This document shows, one piece after another, positions 19,351-28,951 of a DNA stretch of 64,000 nt (the first letter of the stretch is position 1; the number at the start of each line of letters is the position of its first letter). The stretch covers positions 33,143-97,142 of the forward strand of contig CAZMBE010000001.1 in assembly GCA_964564625.1 (NCBI GenBank), in the 5' to 3' direction. Position numbers and translations under genes: made by a program. The notes under the pieces were generated by a model that made no database searches, was not told where the DNA came from, and worked only from the letters and a program-made list of their open reading frames with translations. The DNA is from an uncultured Syntrophaceae bacterium (GTDB lineage Bacteria; Desulfobacterota; Syntrophia; Syntrophales; UBA2185).

Positions 19351-19965
19351 TTAAAGGTCGGCAAAGTTTTTAAGAAGTTGAACGCCACATTGATGACTTT
19401 TCTCTGGGTGAAACTGGACGCCAAAAATATTTCCTGAGCACACAGCGGATGCGAAATGACTGCCATAATGCGTTATTGCGAGCACATCTTCTTTTTTATT
19501 GCAGTGAAAATAATATGAGTGCAAAAAATAAAAGCGGGAGTCAAGATTAAATCCTCGGAATAAACTAGTTTTTGTAACAGGTTGCACATCGTTCCAACCC
19601 ATGTGAGGAAGATGTGTGCTGTGAGTCAATCTTGAATGGTCAATTTTTTTAACTACCCCGTCAATCCACCCAAGACCTGGTAAAGCTCCTTCTTCACTGG
19701 AACGGGCAAGTATTTGCATACCTACACATATACCAATTACTGGCACATTATCCTTTAATACAAGCTCGTCAAGTGTCTGCCGCATACCAGATTTCTCAAG
19801 TTGCTCCATTGCATTGTCAAAAGCCCCGACCCCAGGCAGAATGACTTTTGTGGCTGTTTTCAAATCATCGCTTTGTGTAGCAATATTGATGGGGATATTT
19901 AATTGATTATAGACATTTACAAATGCCCTAATATTTCCTAACCCGTAATTAACTATTGTTATCAT
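19351..19965 (-). CDS. HisH-like glutamine amidotransferase subunit paralog (WbuY type)
   Basis: Class-I GATase with the nucleophile elbow GICVGMQ and the C-terminal motif FHPEKS. It overlaps the upstream gene (ATGA at 19962). Confidence 0.85.
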   Translation of the reverse strand: MITIVNYGLGNIRAFVNVYNQLNIPINIATQSDDLKTATKVILPGVGAFDNAMEQLEKSGMRQTLDELVLKDNVPVIGICVGMQILARSSEEGALPGLGWIDGVVKKIDHSRLTHSTHLPHMGWNDVQPVTKTSLFRGFNLDSRFYFLHSYYFHCNKKEDVLAITHYGSHFASAVCSGNIFGVQFHPEKSHQCGVQLLKNFADL

Positions 19966-21104
19966 CTGATAACTCTTTTTTCTATTCCTAATAATTGCAT
20001 TACTTTTGTTCCCAAGGTTATTAAAGCCATGTTGTTTTTGTAATCACGGTAAGTCTTGTTCTCTCCTTCAAATAGTTCCTGAAACTCAGATACAGTTAAA
20101 TCTAATTTTTTTGCAACATACTCGAAGTCTTGCAACATTGTTTGCTCGTCTATTTCTGGTTTTGCTATTCGCTCAAGAGCCTCTTGACGGGTCATCTGGT
20201 TGGTTAAAATTAAACTTGAGAGGTGAGCTTTTCGCCTTTCATAGCCGAATTTTTTGGGAAGCCAAAAACACTCGACAAATCTTGTAAACCGAGATTCATG
20301 ATGCTTTTGGGCATAGCTCTGCCAACCAAAGCGATCAGTCAATTCCTGTATAGCAATTTTTTTTATATAAGGTACATAATTTAATGGTCTTACAACCCGA
20401 ATACCTTTTATGTAACCATAATATAACTTATATTTGAAAATATCCGCAGTTGGAAATGTTTTCAAAGGACGCTTTCCAAAGCGACGATGAATATCTCTCA
20501 CAAAACGCATGTCTGTTGGATAATAAGCCCCCCACTCATTTGGCTCACGAACACATTCCGTTGAATAGTTTGCCCCTGTTAAAATATATTTGAAGTTATT
20601 TTTTACGGCGAAGTTATAAAGAGATGAAAAAAAAGATAAATCCTGGGGAATATCAATATTAGCTAGTTGTGCTTTAAAGAATGCTAATTGCAAATCCTTC
20701 ATCTCTGACCAATCTATAACATCCGTATAAAGATCAAGCCCGAGTCCATCTACCAACCTTTGAATATTATTTGCAGATACCTGTGAATTCCAACCAGCAT
20801 CGACATGGAACAGAAGGGGCTTCAATCCTAATTTTTCCTTTGCTATATAAGCAACGTACGAACTATCGACGCCACCGCTAATGCCAATCAAACAATCGTG
20901 ATCGCGTCCTTGCCCATCTTTCTTAATCTTTTCAGTTACTTTTGCTAATTCCTTCTCTCCCTGATCATTTGGATGCCAGTTTGGCTTGATATTTTCATAG
21001 AAATTGCGGCAATAATCGCACCAACCTCTCTGATCAAAAGTGATATCGGGATCAGTGGTGTCCATTATACAGTTAGAACATATTTGAAATTTTTCAGTAC
21101 TCAT
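19962..21104 (-). CDS. N-acetyl-sugar amidotransferase (PP-loop ATPase; WbuX/LfnA/PseA family)
   Basis: An N-terminal Cys-rich zinc ribbon (CSNC...CDYC) is followed by the PP-loop GISGGVDSSY. The triad with HisH and HisF paralogs is the known acetamidino-sugar module. Confidence 0.8.
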   Translation of the reverse strand: MSTEKFQICSNCIMDTTDPDITFDQRGWCDYCRNFYENIKPNWHPNDQGEKELAKVTEKIKKDGQGRDHDCLIGISGGVDSSYVAYIAKEKLGLKPLLFHVDAGWNSQVSANNIQRLVDGLGLDLYTDVIDWSEMKDLQLAFFKAQLANIDIPQDLSFFSSLYNFAVKNNFKYILTGANYSTECVREPNEWGAYYPTDMRFVRDIHRRFGKRPLKTFPTADIFKYKLYYGYIKGIRVVRPLNYVPYIKKIAIQELTDRFGWQSYAQKHHESRFTRFVECFWLPKKFGYERRKAHLSSLILTNQMTRQEALERIAKPEIDEQTMLQDFEYVAKKLDLTVSEFQELFEGENKTYRDYKNNMALITLGTKVMQLLGIEKRVIR

Positions 21105-21125
21105 GATTTTCTCCTTATTATAACA

Positions 21126-22064
21126 TCAAGAACTCGCACTATTCGCCTCCCATGATACTATTTCTGATATTGCTGAACGCAATGTGGTCACTTTCCTGTA
21201 TCCCAACGAGGATATTTTTGAGTATGAATAAACACGATTTGGAGGAGAAAGGCGGGGCAGTAGTTTGAATAAAAGATAGAGAGAAGATTTAGGCAGGCCA
21301 ATATCAAAAAAGTATTCATGTTTATAGTTAAGACTTGCATTAATAATTTTTTCTACTGCTGCGTAATTATTGTCAGCATCATCGTCGTCGGAAACATTAT
21401 AAATATCACCCATTTGCACAATTGGTGATGATGCCAACAATATCAACGCAGCAACAACGTTGTATACACTGACATAGTTGAAATGTCGGGATTTTAGAAT
21501 GCAATGATATATAAATTTTTTGAATGGACTTTCATTGTGAAGCCTTTTAATCATTGTATGGAGTCCCTGCCCGCCTGGTCCTATAATTTCAGTTGGCCGT
21601 AAAATAGCAAGCTCAACACTTGGCTGCAATTCGGCACGCAGTGTCTCTTCAATTCGGTACTTTGTCAGTTGATATTCACCTTTAGGCGCAGGCATTGTTT
21701 CTTCTGTAACAACGCCTTTTGCATGGAACCCAATAACCACGGCAGTGCTGCAATGAACTACCCGTCTCACACCTGATTGCTTTACAGCTTTTATAAGATT
21801 TAGAACTGCTTCAATGTTTGCATTCCCAGCATTATTCATATAGGCCAAGTGAATCAACGTGGTATCTGGCTGCAAAAAATCCGTTAAACTTTCTGGTTTC
21901 AGTAAATCGCCCTCACAGATAGTAACCTTATCGCTTAATAAATGCTCTAATGCATTATAATTGCGCATCAGTAATCTCAGTCTAAAACGATCCTGCAATA
22001 TGCATTCAGAAACCAGATGTCGCCCCAAAAAACCAGTTGCCCCAGTAATTGCTAATGTGTGCAT
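21126..22064 (-). CDS. NAD-dependent epimerase/dehydratase family protein
   Basis: Rossmann motif ITGATGFLGRHL and YxxxK motif (YQLTK). The substrate cannot be told from the sequence. Confidence 0.65.
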   Translation of the reverse strand: MHTLAITGATGFLGRHLVSECILQDRFRLRLLMRNYNALEHLLSDKVTICEGDLLKPESLTDFLQPDTTLIHLAYMNNAGNANIEAVLNLIKAVKQSGVRRVVHCSTAVVIGFHAKGVVTEETMPAPKGEYQLTKYRIEETLRAELQPSVELAILRPTEIIGPGGQGLHTMIKRLHNESPFKKFIYHCILKSRHFNYVSVYNVVAALILLASSPIVQMGDIYNVSDDDDADNNYAAVEKIINASLNYKHEYFFDIGLPKSSLYLLFKLLPRLSPPNRVYSYSKISSLGYRKVTTLRSAISEIVSWEANSASS

Positions 22065-22068
22065 TGTA

Positions 22069-23235
22069 TCAATGCCTCCTAAATAGCTGGCGGTTTGTCT
22101 CCAGCACTGCAGGGTCTAACAAGCGATTTATAACATTAGCTTTTATTATAGCCCGCTTTTTCAAACGCTCGTCATCGCTCAATAAGGTAAGATTCTCAAT
22201 TATTTCAGCGTAATGATCCATCTTCGCCAAATCCACATCCCAACCTAAGCCATCAGCCTGTAGATTTCGCCACGGTGTTTCTGTACTAATTAACACTGGA
22301 GTTCCCGCAATTAAACACTCAGCAATCACATGACCATAGGCCTCGCCACCAGTTGGGAATAAAAACAGATCATAACGGCTAAAGACATGTACTACCTGAT
22401 TCGCGGTAACACTACCTAGATAATTCACTTTCACATTAACCGGCAACTGGTCTATCAACTCTTGGCATTCTTTCCAATAAGTTTGATTTTCTGCGGGACC
22501 ATAAATGTCGAATACCACCCTGGCATTCACTTTTTTTAAAACCCTCAAGGCATAATCCAAATTTTTCTCACGTGAGATTCGGGATAAAAACACAATTCTT
22601 AAGCCTTCGCGACCCTCTGATGTCTCAAAAGTTAAATCAGGAGCGACATCTGGAATATTTTTAATAGGAAAGTCTCCCGTGATATGAATAGCATTGGCTT
22701 TTATTTTCATGACCCTAATAATATCCATCTTTTCGAACTCGCTGGATGCCCGCCAGATCACATTCTTATAAAGCCCGACAAGCCTGGCTACTTGAATAAA
22801 AACGAACTTTTTGGGGTATTTTTGCTTTAATGAAGCCCATGCAAACTCACCCCACGGTGCGACAATCACAGGCTTAAAGGTTGCCCTACGAAGCTTTCTG
22901 TTCAATAACGCCTTTATAGTAAAAAGATCAAAAAAGCTATTTAGATAAAGTACATCATGAGGCGTACCGACTATCAAACTTAATATGCCTTTTATCGTAC
23001 TTGACGTAGGTGGCAAATAATAAACCATGGCATTGCCAACTTGTTGCCATTGATTAATCTTTATATCAGGGTAAGGTTTATTGTCCCCTACATCCCGATC
23101 CCTCGTCACTATCCTAAACTCAAACTCATCACACATATGATCAACTGTATTGACGGTAGTACGCAAAATACCACCTGCTTTATAGCCGGGAAGGTAATTA
23201 CCGATAAAGGTAAGGATCACTGGTTTCAGCGCCAT
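22069..23235 (-). CDS. Glycosyltransferase, GT-B (group 1)
   Basis: The C-terminal domain carries the EX7E motif (EAYGHVIAE) and GTPVL. Confidence 0.7.
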   Translation of the reverse strand: MALKPVILTFIGNYLPGYKAGGILRTTVNTVDHMCDEFEFRIVTRDRDVGDNKPYPDIKINQWQQVGNAMVYYLPPTSSTIKGILSLIVGTPHDVLYLNSFFDLFTIKALLNRKLRRATFKPVIVAPWGEFAWASLKQKYPKKFVFIQVARLVGLYKNVIWRASSEFEKMDIIRVMKIKANAIHITGDFPIKNIPDVAPDLTFETSEGREGLRIVFLSRISREKNLDYALRVLKKVNARVVFDIYGPAENQTYWKECQELIDQLPVNVKVNYLGSVTANQVVHVFSRYDLFLFPTGGEAYGHVIAECLIAGTPVLISTETPWRNLQADGLGWDVDLAKMDHYAEIIENLTLLSDDERLKKRAIIKANVINRLLDPAVLETNRQLFRRH

Positions 23236-23267
23236 GACTTCCTGTAGATTAAATTAATATCATGCCA

Positions 23268-24512
23268 TTAATTCTGGTGAAAGCTTTTGCCTCTTGCGGC
23301 ATGACGAAGCACTTCCTCATATCGTTTGGTACAGACGGTGCGAGAAAAGTTCTGTCCAGCGAACAGCCTGGCTTTTTCTCCCATCTCTTTCCGCAACCCT
23401 TCGTCTTCGTGTAATCTTAATACAGCTCGAGAGAATGCTTCGACATCACCCGGATTTACACAAAAACCACAACCAGCCCGTTTAATTATGCTTGCTGCAT
23501 CCCCTTGCTGATTTACTACTGCTATTATAGGCCTACCGCAGGCCATTATATCAGCAATCTTGCCTGGGACAGTCTGTAACGGGATATCTGAACTCAATGT
23601 AACCAAACATGCATCGGATGCATAAAGGAACTGTATGTACCGGTCTTTTGGCATCACAGGACGCAACAAAACATTACTAACTTTCCTCTCGTCTATCAAG
23701 CTTTGCAGAGCAGGCTTTGAAGAACCTTCACCGGCCAGAAGGAATATGATATCCTTGTATTCCTTAAGCACCTCTGCTGTCTCTATCACTACCTCAAGGC
23801 CTTGAGCCTGCTGCATGGTGCCTGCATAGGAGACAACAAACTTATCACCGATGAGTTTTTCGTTGCGAATTGAATTCATGCTGTCTGCTGACCCCATCGC
23901 AGTAGTGTCAACCCAATTTGGAATGATAAACACCTCCTTGTTAACTCCTTTTGCAAGGAGATAGTCTCTATTTCCAGATGAGTAGACTATAAAAGAACAG
24001 GCTTTTCTGTAACAAATTTCTTCCATCCCGGATAATATCCTCTTAATGAGCTTGTTCTTTATGACTCCCGAATCAAACAGCACTTTTGGATGGATATCCT
24101 GCATGTTAAAAACAAATCTTGCCTTTTTAAACTTCGAAATAATATAACCGGAAATACCCATATATAGGGGGGGAGAATAAACAAGAATTACATCTGGCTG
24201 TTTTGAACATAGACCTCGGCATGTAAATAAAAGGCAAGAAAGAAAAAATCTCAAAGGTTTTCCACCGGGAATTTTTGGCATAAAGAATAGGGGAGAAACC
24301 CTGTGTACAGATACGCCATTCAAAACTATTTTGGATGACATATTCCCATAAAAGTCATGGCCTTTGTCAATAGGATCATCATTGTCAGGCAGTTCAGTAA
24401 CAACAGATACACTATGTCCCATATTTATGAGACTTTCTGAAAGCTCTGAGTAAAGCCGAGCAGCGGAGTCTAGTATCGGCGGATAACTCGCAACCAAAAT
24501 CATTACATTCAT
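23268..24512 (-). CDS. Glycosyltransferase family 4 (WbuB/WcaI-like)
   Basis: GT-B fold. The N-terminus MNVMILVASYPP is similar in style to the 12812-14008 protein. Confidence 0.75.
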   Translation of the reverse strand: MNVMILVASYPPILDSAARLYSELSESLINMGHSVSVVTELPDNDDPIDKGHDFYGNMSSKIVLNGVSVHRVSPLFFMPKIPGGKPLRFFLSCLLFTCRGLCSKQPDVILVYSPPLYMGISGYIISKFKKARFVFNMQDIHPKVLFDSGVIKNKLIKRILSGMEEICYRKACSFIVYSSGNRDYLLAKGVNKEVFIIPNWVDTTAMGSADSMNSIRNEKLIGDKFVVSYAGTMQQAQGLEVVIETAEVLKEYKDIIFLLAGEGSSKPALQSLIDERKVSNVLLRPVMPKDRYIQFLYASDACLVTLSSDIPLQTVPGKIADIMACGRPIIAVVNQQGDAASIIKRAGCGFCVNPGDVEAFSRAVLRLHEDEGLRKEMGEKARLFAGQNFSRTVCTKRYEEVLRHAARGKSFHQN

Positions 24513-24739
24513 ATAGAGGATGATATCTCAGATGTTAGATTATCACTAATTTGCTTATACGAGAAGCACTTTGCACAATCCAAAACATTTGATAGTTAGA
24601 TGACGGGTAATTCATAAAAAAGGGGAAAGAGTGGATCTGATGATAAATATTACAGAGAACAATGCAAAAATACACTTCTTTCTTCTTTTCCTGGAAAGTG
24701 ATGATAATTTTACTGTGGGAAGATGCCATTATACCACCA

Positions 24740-26023
24740 TCACGTTCTAAGCAATCTCGACATCAGAAGAGCACTAACAATAAAATAAACCATTGTACAA
24801 TTGCTCAAAGAATCTCCATATGAATAGAAAAAGATGCCATAATACGGAATGCTAAAAATAAATGTATATATAAGTATTGCAGGCAAACCCCAGAAACGGT
24901 TCTTGTTACGCAAAAACGTTAGTAAAACAAGAAAGTATATAACACATATAATTAGTGTACCCCACAATCCATAATCGATACTGAGTTCTTTGAGAAGCGT
25001 ATTAAAAGTACCTGGTTGCAATCCATATTCGAAATGAAATGATAATACTTCACTCGATATCGTTTGATGCCAATAATTGGGTAGAATACCAACAATCATT
25101 AAGATCCAGCAGAACAGAGGAGATGTAAATTGACCAAGAAATATTTTGTGATCAAGCCAGTTATTCGTATAATATTCTGAGAAGTTGCCGTACATTTGAC
25201 CCAAGTATTCAACGATTGATAAAAAAGGATCAACAACATCACCAAAGCTATAATCTCCAATTGATAATGATAGAAATCTCTCTCCCGTAATAAGTGAGAA
25301 AATAGATATCTGTAGAACAAGAACTATAAATAACAAACAATTGATTACCTTTAAAGGTGATAGATAGCCGGATAGTGATTTTGCGCTATCCTTTAAGTAA
25401 GGCCGAAATAATATAAAATTAAATAAAAACAACATAATCCATTGAACAAGCCCAGAACGGCCTACATGGGCTATCCCATATACTACACCAAACAGCGAAC
25501 ACAATAAAAACATCAGCGGGTAAAATAATTTTTCTCGGTATGCGGCAGTATAGAAAAACATCGTGAGTGAGATCGGCCATGAGGCGCCAATCAATGCAAA
25601 TATCAGGTCCGTCTTTCCACGATCTTTGTATAAGCCTAAGTTCACAAGGAATCTATTATACTCGATATCTCCCATAATGGTATCTACTGCATCAGGCAAA
25701 TAAAATAAAATTGAAGCTAATTGTATAATGAAATATACAATACAGAACGTCCTGATGAGAGGGGTTAATTCTATAATTCTTAGTTTTATAGAGGCTTCAT
25801 TAAAATAAACGTGTGGTAATATAAGCAACGATAAACACACATGATAGTAAAAGGCTGCAAAAATATTGATGTCGTATTCTAAAAGGTTCGAAATTATTAA
25901 AAAACATAAACCGCTTAGCGCGTAAGTTCCCAAAAGAAGGTTAGAAACGGTCATAATATTCTTTTTATGAACGCTATTTAGAATGAATAAAATTGAAAAA
26001 TATATGAACGGAAGTGCTTTCAT
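24740..26023 (-). CDS. Polytopic membrane protein, O-antigen polymerase (Wzy) candidate
   Basis: 427 aa with at least 10 hydrophobic helices and very AT-rich coding sequence. It is the only unassigned polytopic protein in a cluster that also has wzx and wzz. No diagnostic motif was recognised. Confidence 0.55.
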   Translation of the reverse strand: MKALPFIYFSILFILNSVHKKNIMTVSNLLLGTYALSGLCFLIISNLLEYDINIFAAFYYHVCLSLLILPHVYFNEASIKLRIIELTPLIRTFCIVYFIIQLASILFYLPDAVDTIMGDIEYNRFLVNLGLYKDRGKTDLIFALIGASWPISLTMFFYTAAYREKLFYPLMFLLCSLFGVVYGIAHVGRSGLVQWIMLFLFNFILFRPYLKDSAKSLSGYLSPLKVINCLLFIVLVLQISIFSLITGERFLSLSIGDYSFGDVVDPFLSIVEYLGQMYGNFSEYYTNNWLDHKIFLGQFTSPLFCWILMIVGILPNYWHQTISSEVLSFHFEYGLQPGTFNTLLKELSIDYGLWGTLIICVIYFLVLLTFLRNKNRFWGLPAILIYTFIFSIPYYGIFFYSYGDSLSNCTMVYFIVSALLMSRLLRT

Positions 26024-26082
26024 TTATCCTAAATCGGGTCGTAGCTGTACAGCAAACGTTCTAATTTGAAAGCTAATTGCCA

Positions 26083-27501
26083 TTATGTATTTGCCGAGAT
26101 GGCCTTTATGATATAATTTGTATATGCATCAACATTTTCTTTGTCTTGCGGGGTGCAAAGAACTCCTTCAGAGTTGAAAACAGGCACAATATGCCCAGGA
26201 AAGCTCCCTGAAAGCCAGGTGCGCCAATAATTCAAATCCAACGTGTATTCTTTCTGCTGAAGTTTTTCAAAAAGATCCACTAATGAAAGCTGCGAGCTGA
26301 TGTCGCCTGCAAAAAGCATCTTCAAGCCCGGTGGGCGGCCCAACGCAATCGAAGGTTTTCCCAACACGGCGGCTTCATTAGAGGCTGTTCCGGCAAGCGT
26401 TACGGTAACCCTGGCGGCCAAGACAAGATTTGTAGAATCAACATCTGGTGATACAAGAACAATGTTTGGAATAGCCTTGAGCCTCCGGTAATAGTCAATG
26501 GGCCGCATGCCCTTCATTTTGGGGTTTTCCTTTACCAGAAGTTGCCATCCTGCCGGTAATGCCTGACTGACTATCCGACACATTTCAATTTGATCACGCA
26601 ACCAAGGGCTATACATCAAGATAGTAGCTTCCGGCTCCATATGCAAAGGTATGTAACATGAAGATGCTTTCAACGTTTTTAATGCATCGGTTGTTAGAAT
26701 ATCATATTTCGGTTCTGGATGTTTAAACCACCTTTGTGGCAACCTGTTTTTAATTGTTTGCAATGAAATGATTTTTGAAACTGGAAAATAACTGCCTGCC
26801 TTACGGTCCTGCTTATCACACGATAGTTCGTGATAGCGGCTACCCAGCCGCGTCCACAAAGGAGGAATGGCTTGTGGTTTCATGTATTCAATGCGTTTTT
26901 CAGCAGGAGTGTGAAGAAGCCGCCGGCATTCTTCAAGAAGCGCTTCCGCATTTCCTTCAAGGGGTACACTCCATGTTTCCCACGGTGTTTTGAGCGCAAT
27001 CACCCTGCCGGGTGGTAAACCGCAACCTACAAAAGAAAAATGAGCGCCGCCTCGGCTGTTTGCGAGCGCCCCAGCAAGCCAGTAAAAGAAATGATCATAC
27101 ATGGAACTGATAGACAACGTTCCTTCAGAAACGAGATGGTCAAGAACGACAAGATGTTTTCGTCCAAAAAGAACCGCATCCAAGCCATCTTCCGGCAAGA
27201 ATCTTTCGCTTTGAAGCATTAAATTAAAATTTGCACCTTGTTTCTCATATAGGAGGCGATCTATTTCAGAAAATCTTTCACCAGTAATTTCATACCCGCT
27301 AACTTTACCCAACTCTTCCGGCATGTAAATACATTCATAACCAGCCTGTTCGGCCCTCTCTATTGCCCACGAGAAAAACGTTACAAATCTAACGGGAATG
27401 TCACCAAGTTTTTCCTTAAGACTTTTTGCCAATTCAACATGAAAAAGGACTTGCCAGGGGCGGGTAAGGAACAAAATTTGCCTTACGGATTGGCTAGTCA
27501 C
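26083..27501 (-). CDS. Uncharacterised soluble transferase-like protein (possible GT-B / capsule-biosynthesis-like fold); NulO-transferase candidate
   Basis: The GTG at 27501 overlaps the stop of the wzx 3' fragment (GTGA), giving about 472 aa. The tracked start at 27555 lies inside wzx. The C-terminal half (YIPLHMEPE...VKENPKM...TLAGTASNEAAVLGKP) resembles nucleotide-sugar-binding halves of GT-B or capsule-synthesis enzymes. I cannot place it in a named family. Confidence 0.4.
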   Translation of the reverse strand: MTSQSVRQILFLTRPWQVLFHVELAKSLKEKLGDIPVRFVTFFSWAIERAEQAGYECIYMPEELGKVSGYEITGERFSEIDRLLYEKQGANFNLMLQSERFLPEDGLDAVLFGRKHLVVLDHLVSEGTLSISSMYDHFFYWLAGALANSRGGAHFSFVGCGLPPGRVIALKTPWETWSVPLEGNAEALLEECRRLLHTPAEKRIEYMKPQAIPPLWTRLGSRYHELSCDKQDRKAGSYFPVSKIISLQTIKNRLPQRWFKHPEPKYDILTTDALKTLKASSCYIPLHMEPEATILMYSPWLRDQIEMCRIVSQALPAGWQLLVKENPKMKGMRPIDYYRRLKAIPNIVLVSPDVDSTNLVLAARVTVTLAGTASNEAAVLGKPSIALGRPPGLKMLFAGDISSQLSLVDLFEKLQQKEYTLDLNYWRTWLSGSFPGHIVPVFNSEGVLCTPQDKENVDAYTNYIIKAISANT

Positions 27502-28783
27502 GTTTTTATATCCAGTGTTGTCAAATAATAAGAATAGGCCAAGGCAAATACACACAGAAATGCGCTCGCAATAAATCTAGCCCATGCAACTCCTTCAATT
27601 CCGAAACCTTTTTGAACAAGAATCAAACCTAATATCCATAACACAAGAATCGCAACAGCATATCCGATCATGAGCGGAATATTTCTTCTTACAACTGGGA
27701 TGATTACGCTGACACCAAAATAGACCAGGAATATACTGCCCAATGAGTAAATTTTTGCTGCCTCAATTCCATCTCTATAGTTGGGTAAAAAATTTTCAGT
27801 CATTGGGCCAATCAGAAAATAGCTTATGAGACATAATGGGACTACGGTAAGTATGTTAATAATTAAGCTGAAAAAAAAAACCCTTTTAAACCTAACGATG
27901 TCTTCGATGAACCGTAAATATATGATGCCCTCGGATAGAGCAGCGCTCCCATACTCACAGGCAGGATCTGAATGGCTGTAACAATCAGACCTGATAATGC
28001 CAATTGCCCAACAGCCTCCGGCCCCAACATAAAGGCTACAATGGTCCTGTCTGCTGCTGTAAAAAAAATATACAACACACCCGTTGCAAGCATGGGAAAA
28101 CCAACACGAGTTAAATCTGATATCTCGTCAATCCTTCCCATTGATCTATGCTTAACGGGGCTTTTGCGATACAACAAAAGAAAGTTAACCATAGGAAGCA
28201 CTGCGCTTCGAAAGATCAAACCGAAAGCGCCGAATACGATGGGAAGAAAACCAAGAACAAAATTTACTCCGTTAGCGATGTTAAGAAAGATCCCCAGAGA
28301 CATAAAGGCGCGGCAACCTCGGTATATTGTTTCGTAATGAGTACATATTGGTGAGAATATTAAAATTCCAAAAAGGATAGCAACAGAATATAAATATAAA
28401 TTTGCATAGCCATACATAAAGAAATAGATTAACGCGATGGAGGATATCACTATCCCAATAAGTGAGTTAATAATGGCGGTTAACCAACTCGCATCAACCA
28501 TGTCCTGTATCTTGACCTTGTTTTGTTGAGCATCATAAAAAGCTATATTTCGATTCAGACCATTAAACACGCCAAAATGAAAGAATGAGCAATAGACAGA
28601 TATAAGCATCACAGTTTGAATGACTCCCAATTCATAAGGGAGAAGGTATTTGGCTGCGATGATGCTTGTCAGAAAGCCGACCAGTGGTGTGCTGATCTGC
28701 GAAGCCAGGTAAACCAGATCGCCGTATCTCTGCCGGTTTAAAACATATAGATAGAAATATTTTTTTGCCGTACTAATACACAA
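27498..28783 (-). pseudogene. wzx: O-unit flippase Wzx (MOP superfamily), interrupted by a frameshift in a homopolymer
   Basis: Two consecutive polytopic ORFs (306 aa and 101 aa) lie in different frames. Adding one T to the T10 run (coding strand) gives the continuous hydrophobic read-through ...GFFFFSLIINILTVVPLCLISYFLIGPMTENF... The total is about 430 aa, the usual Wzx size. Confidence 0.7.
27871..27880. repeat. A10:T10 homopolymeric tract at the wzx frameshift site
   Basis: Read directly: ...aagctg aaaaaaaaaa cccttt... Confidence 0.95.
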
Positions 28784-28951
28784 GGAAGGTGTGCCTCTGT
28801 TGATTTGCTGTTCCTAATATTGATAATATAGTCACAACGAAATGTGTGAAAGCTTACATGGAGGGGAAAAGTATGACCAACCCTTCCGCTAACATAGCTG
28901 CACCTAAAGAGCTGCCTGTACTGGTTACCAGCACGGGTTTCCCTTGCCGAT

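Noticed and set aside
24535-24729. A 64-aa ORF in the GT4/wzy spacer.
   Set aside because: It lies in a very AT-rich spacer with no SD and implausible composition. Likely non-coding.
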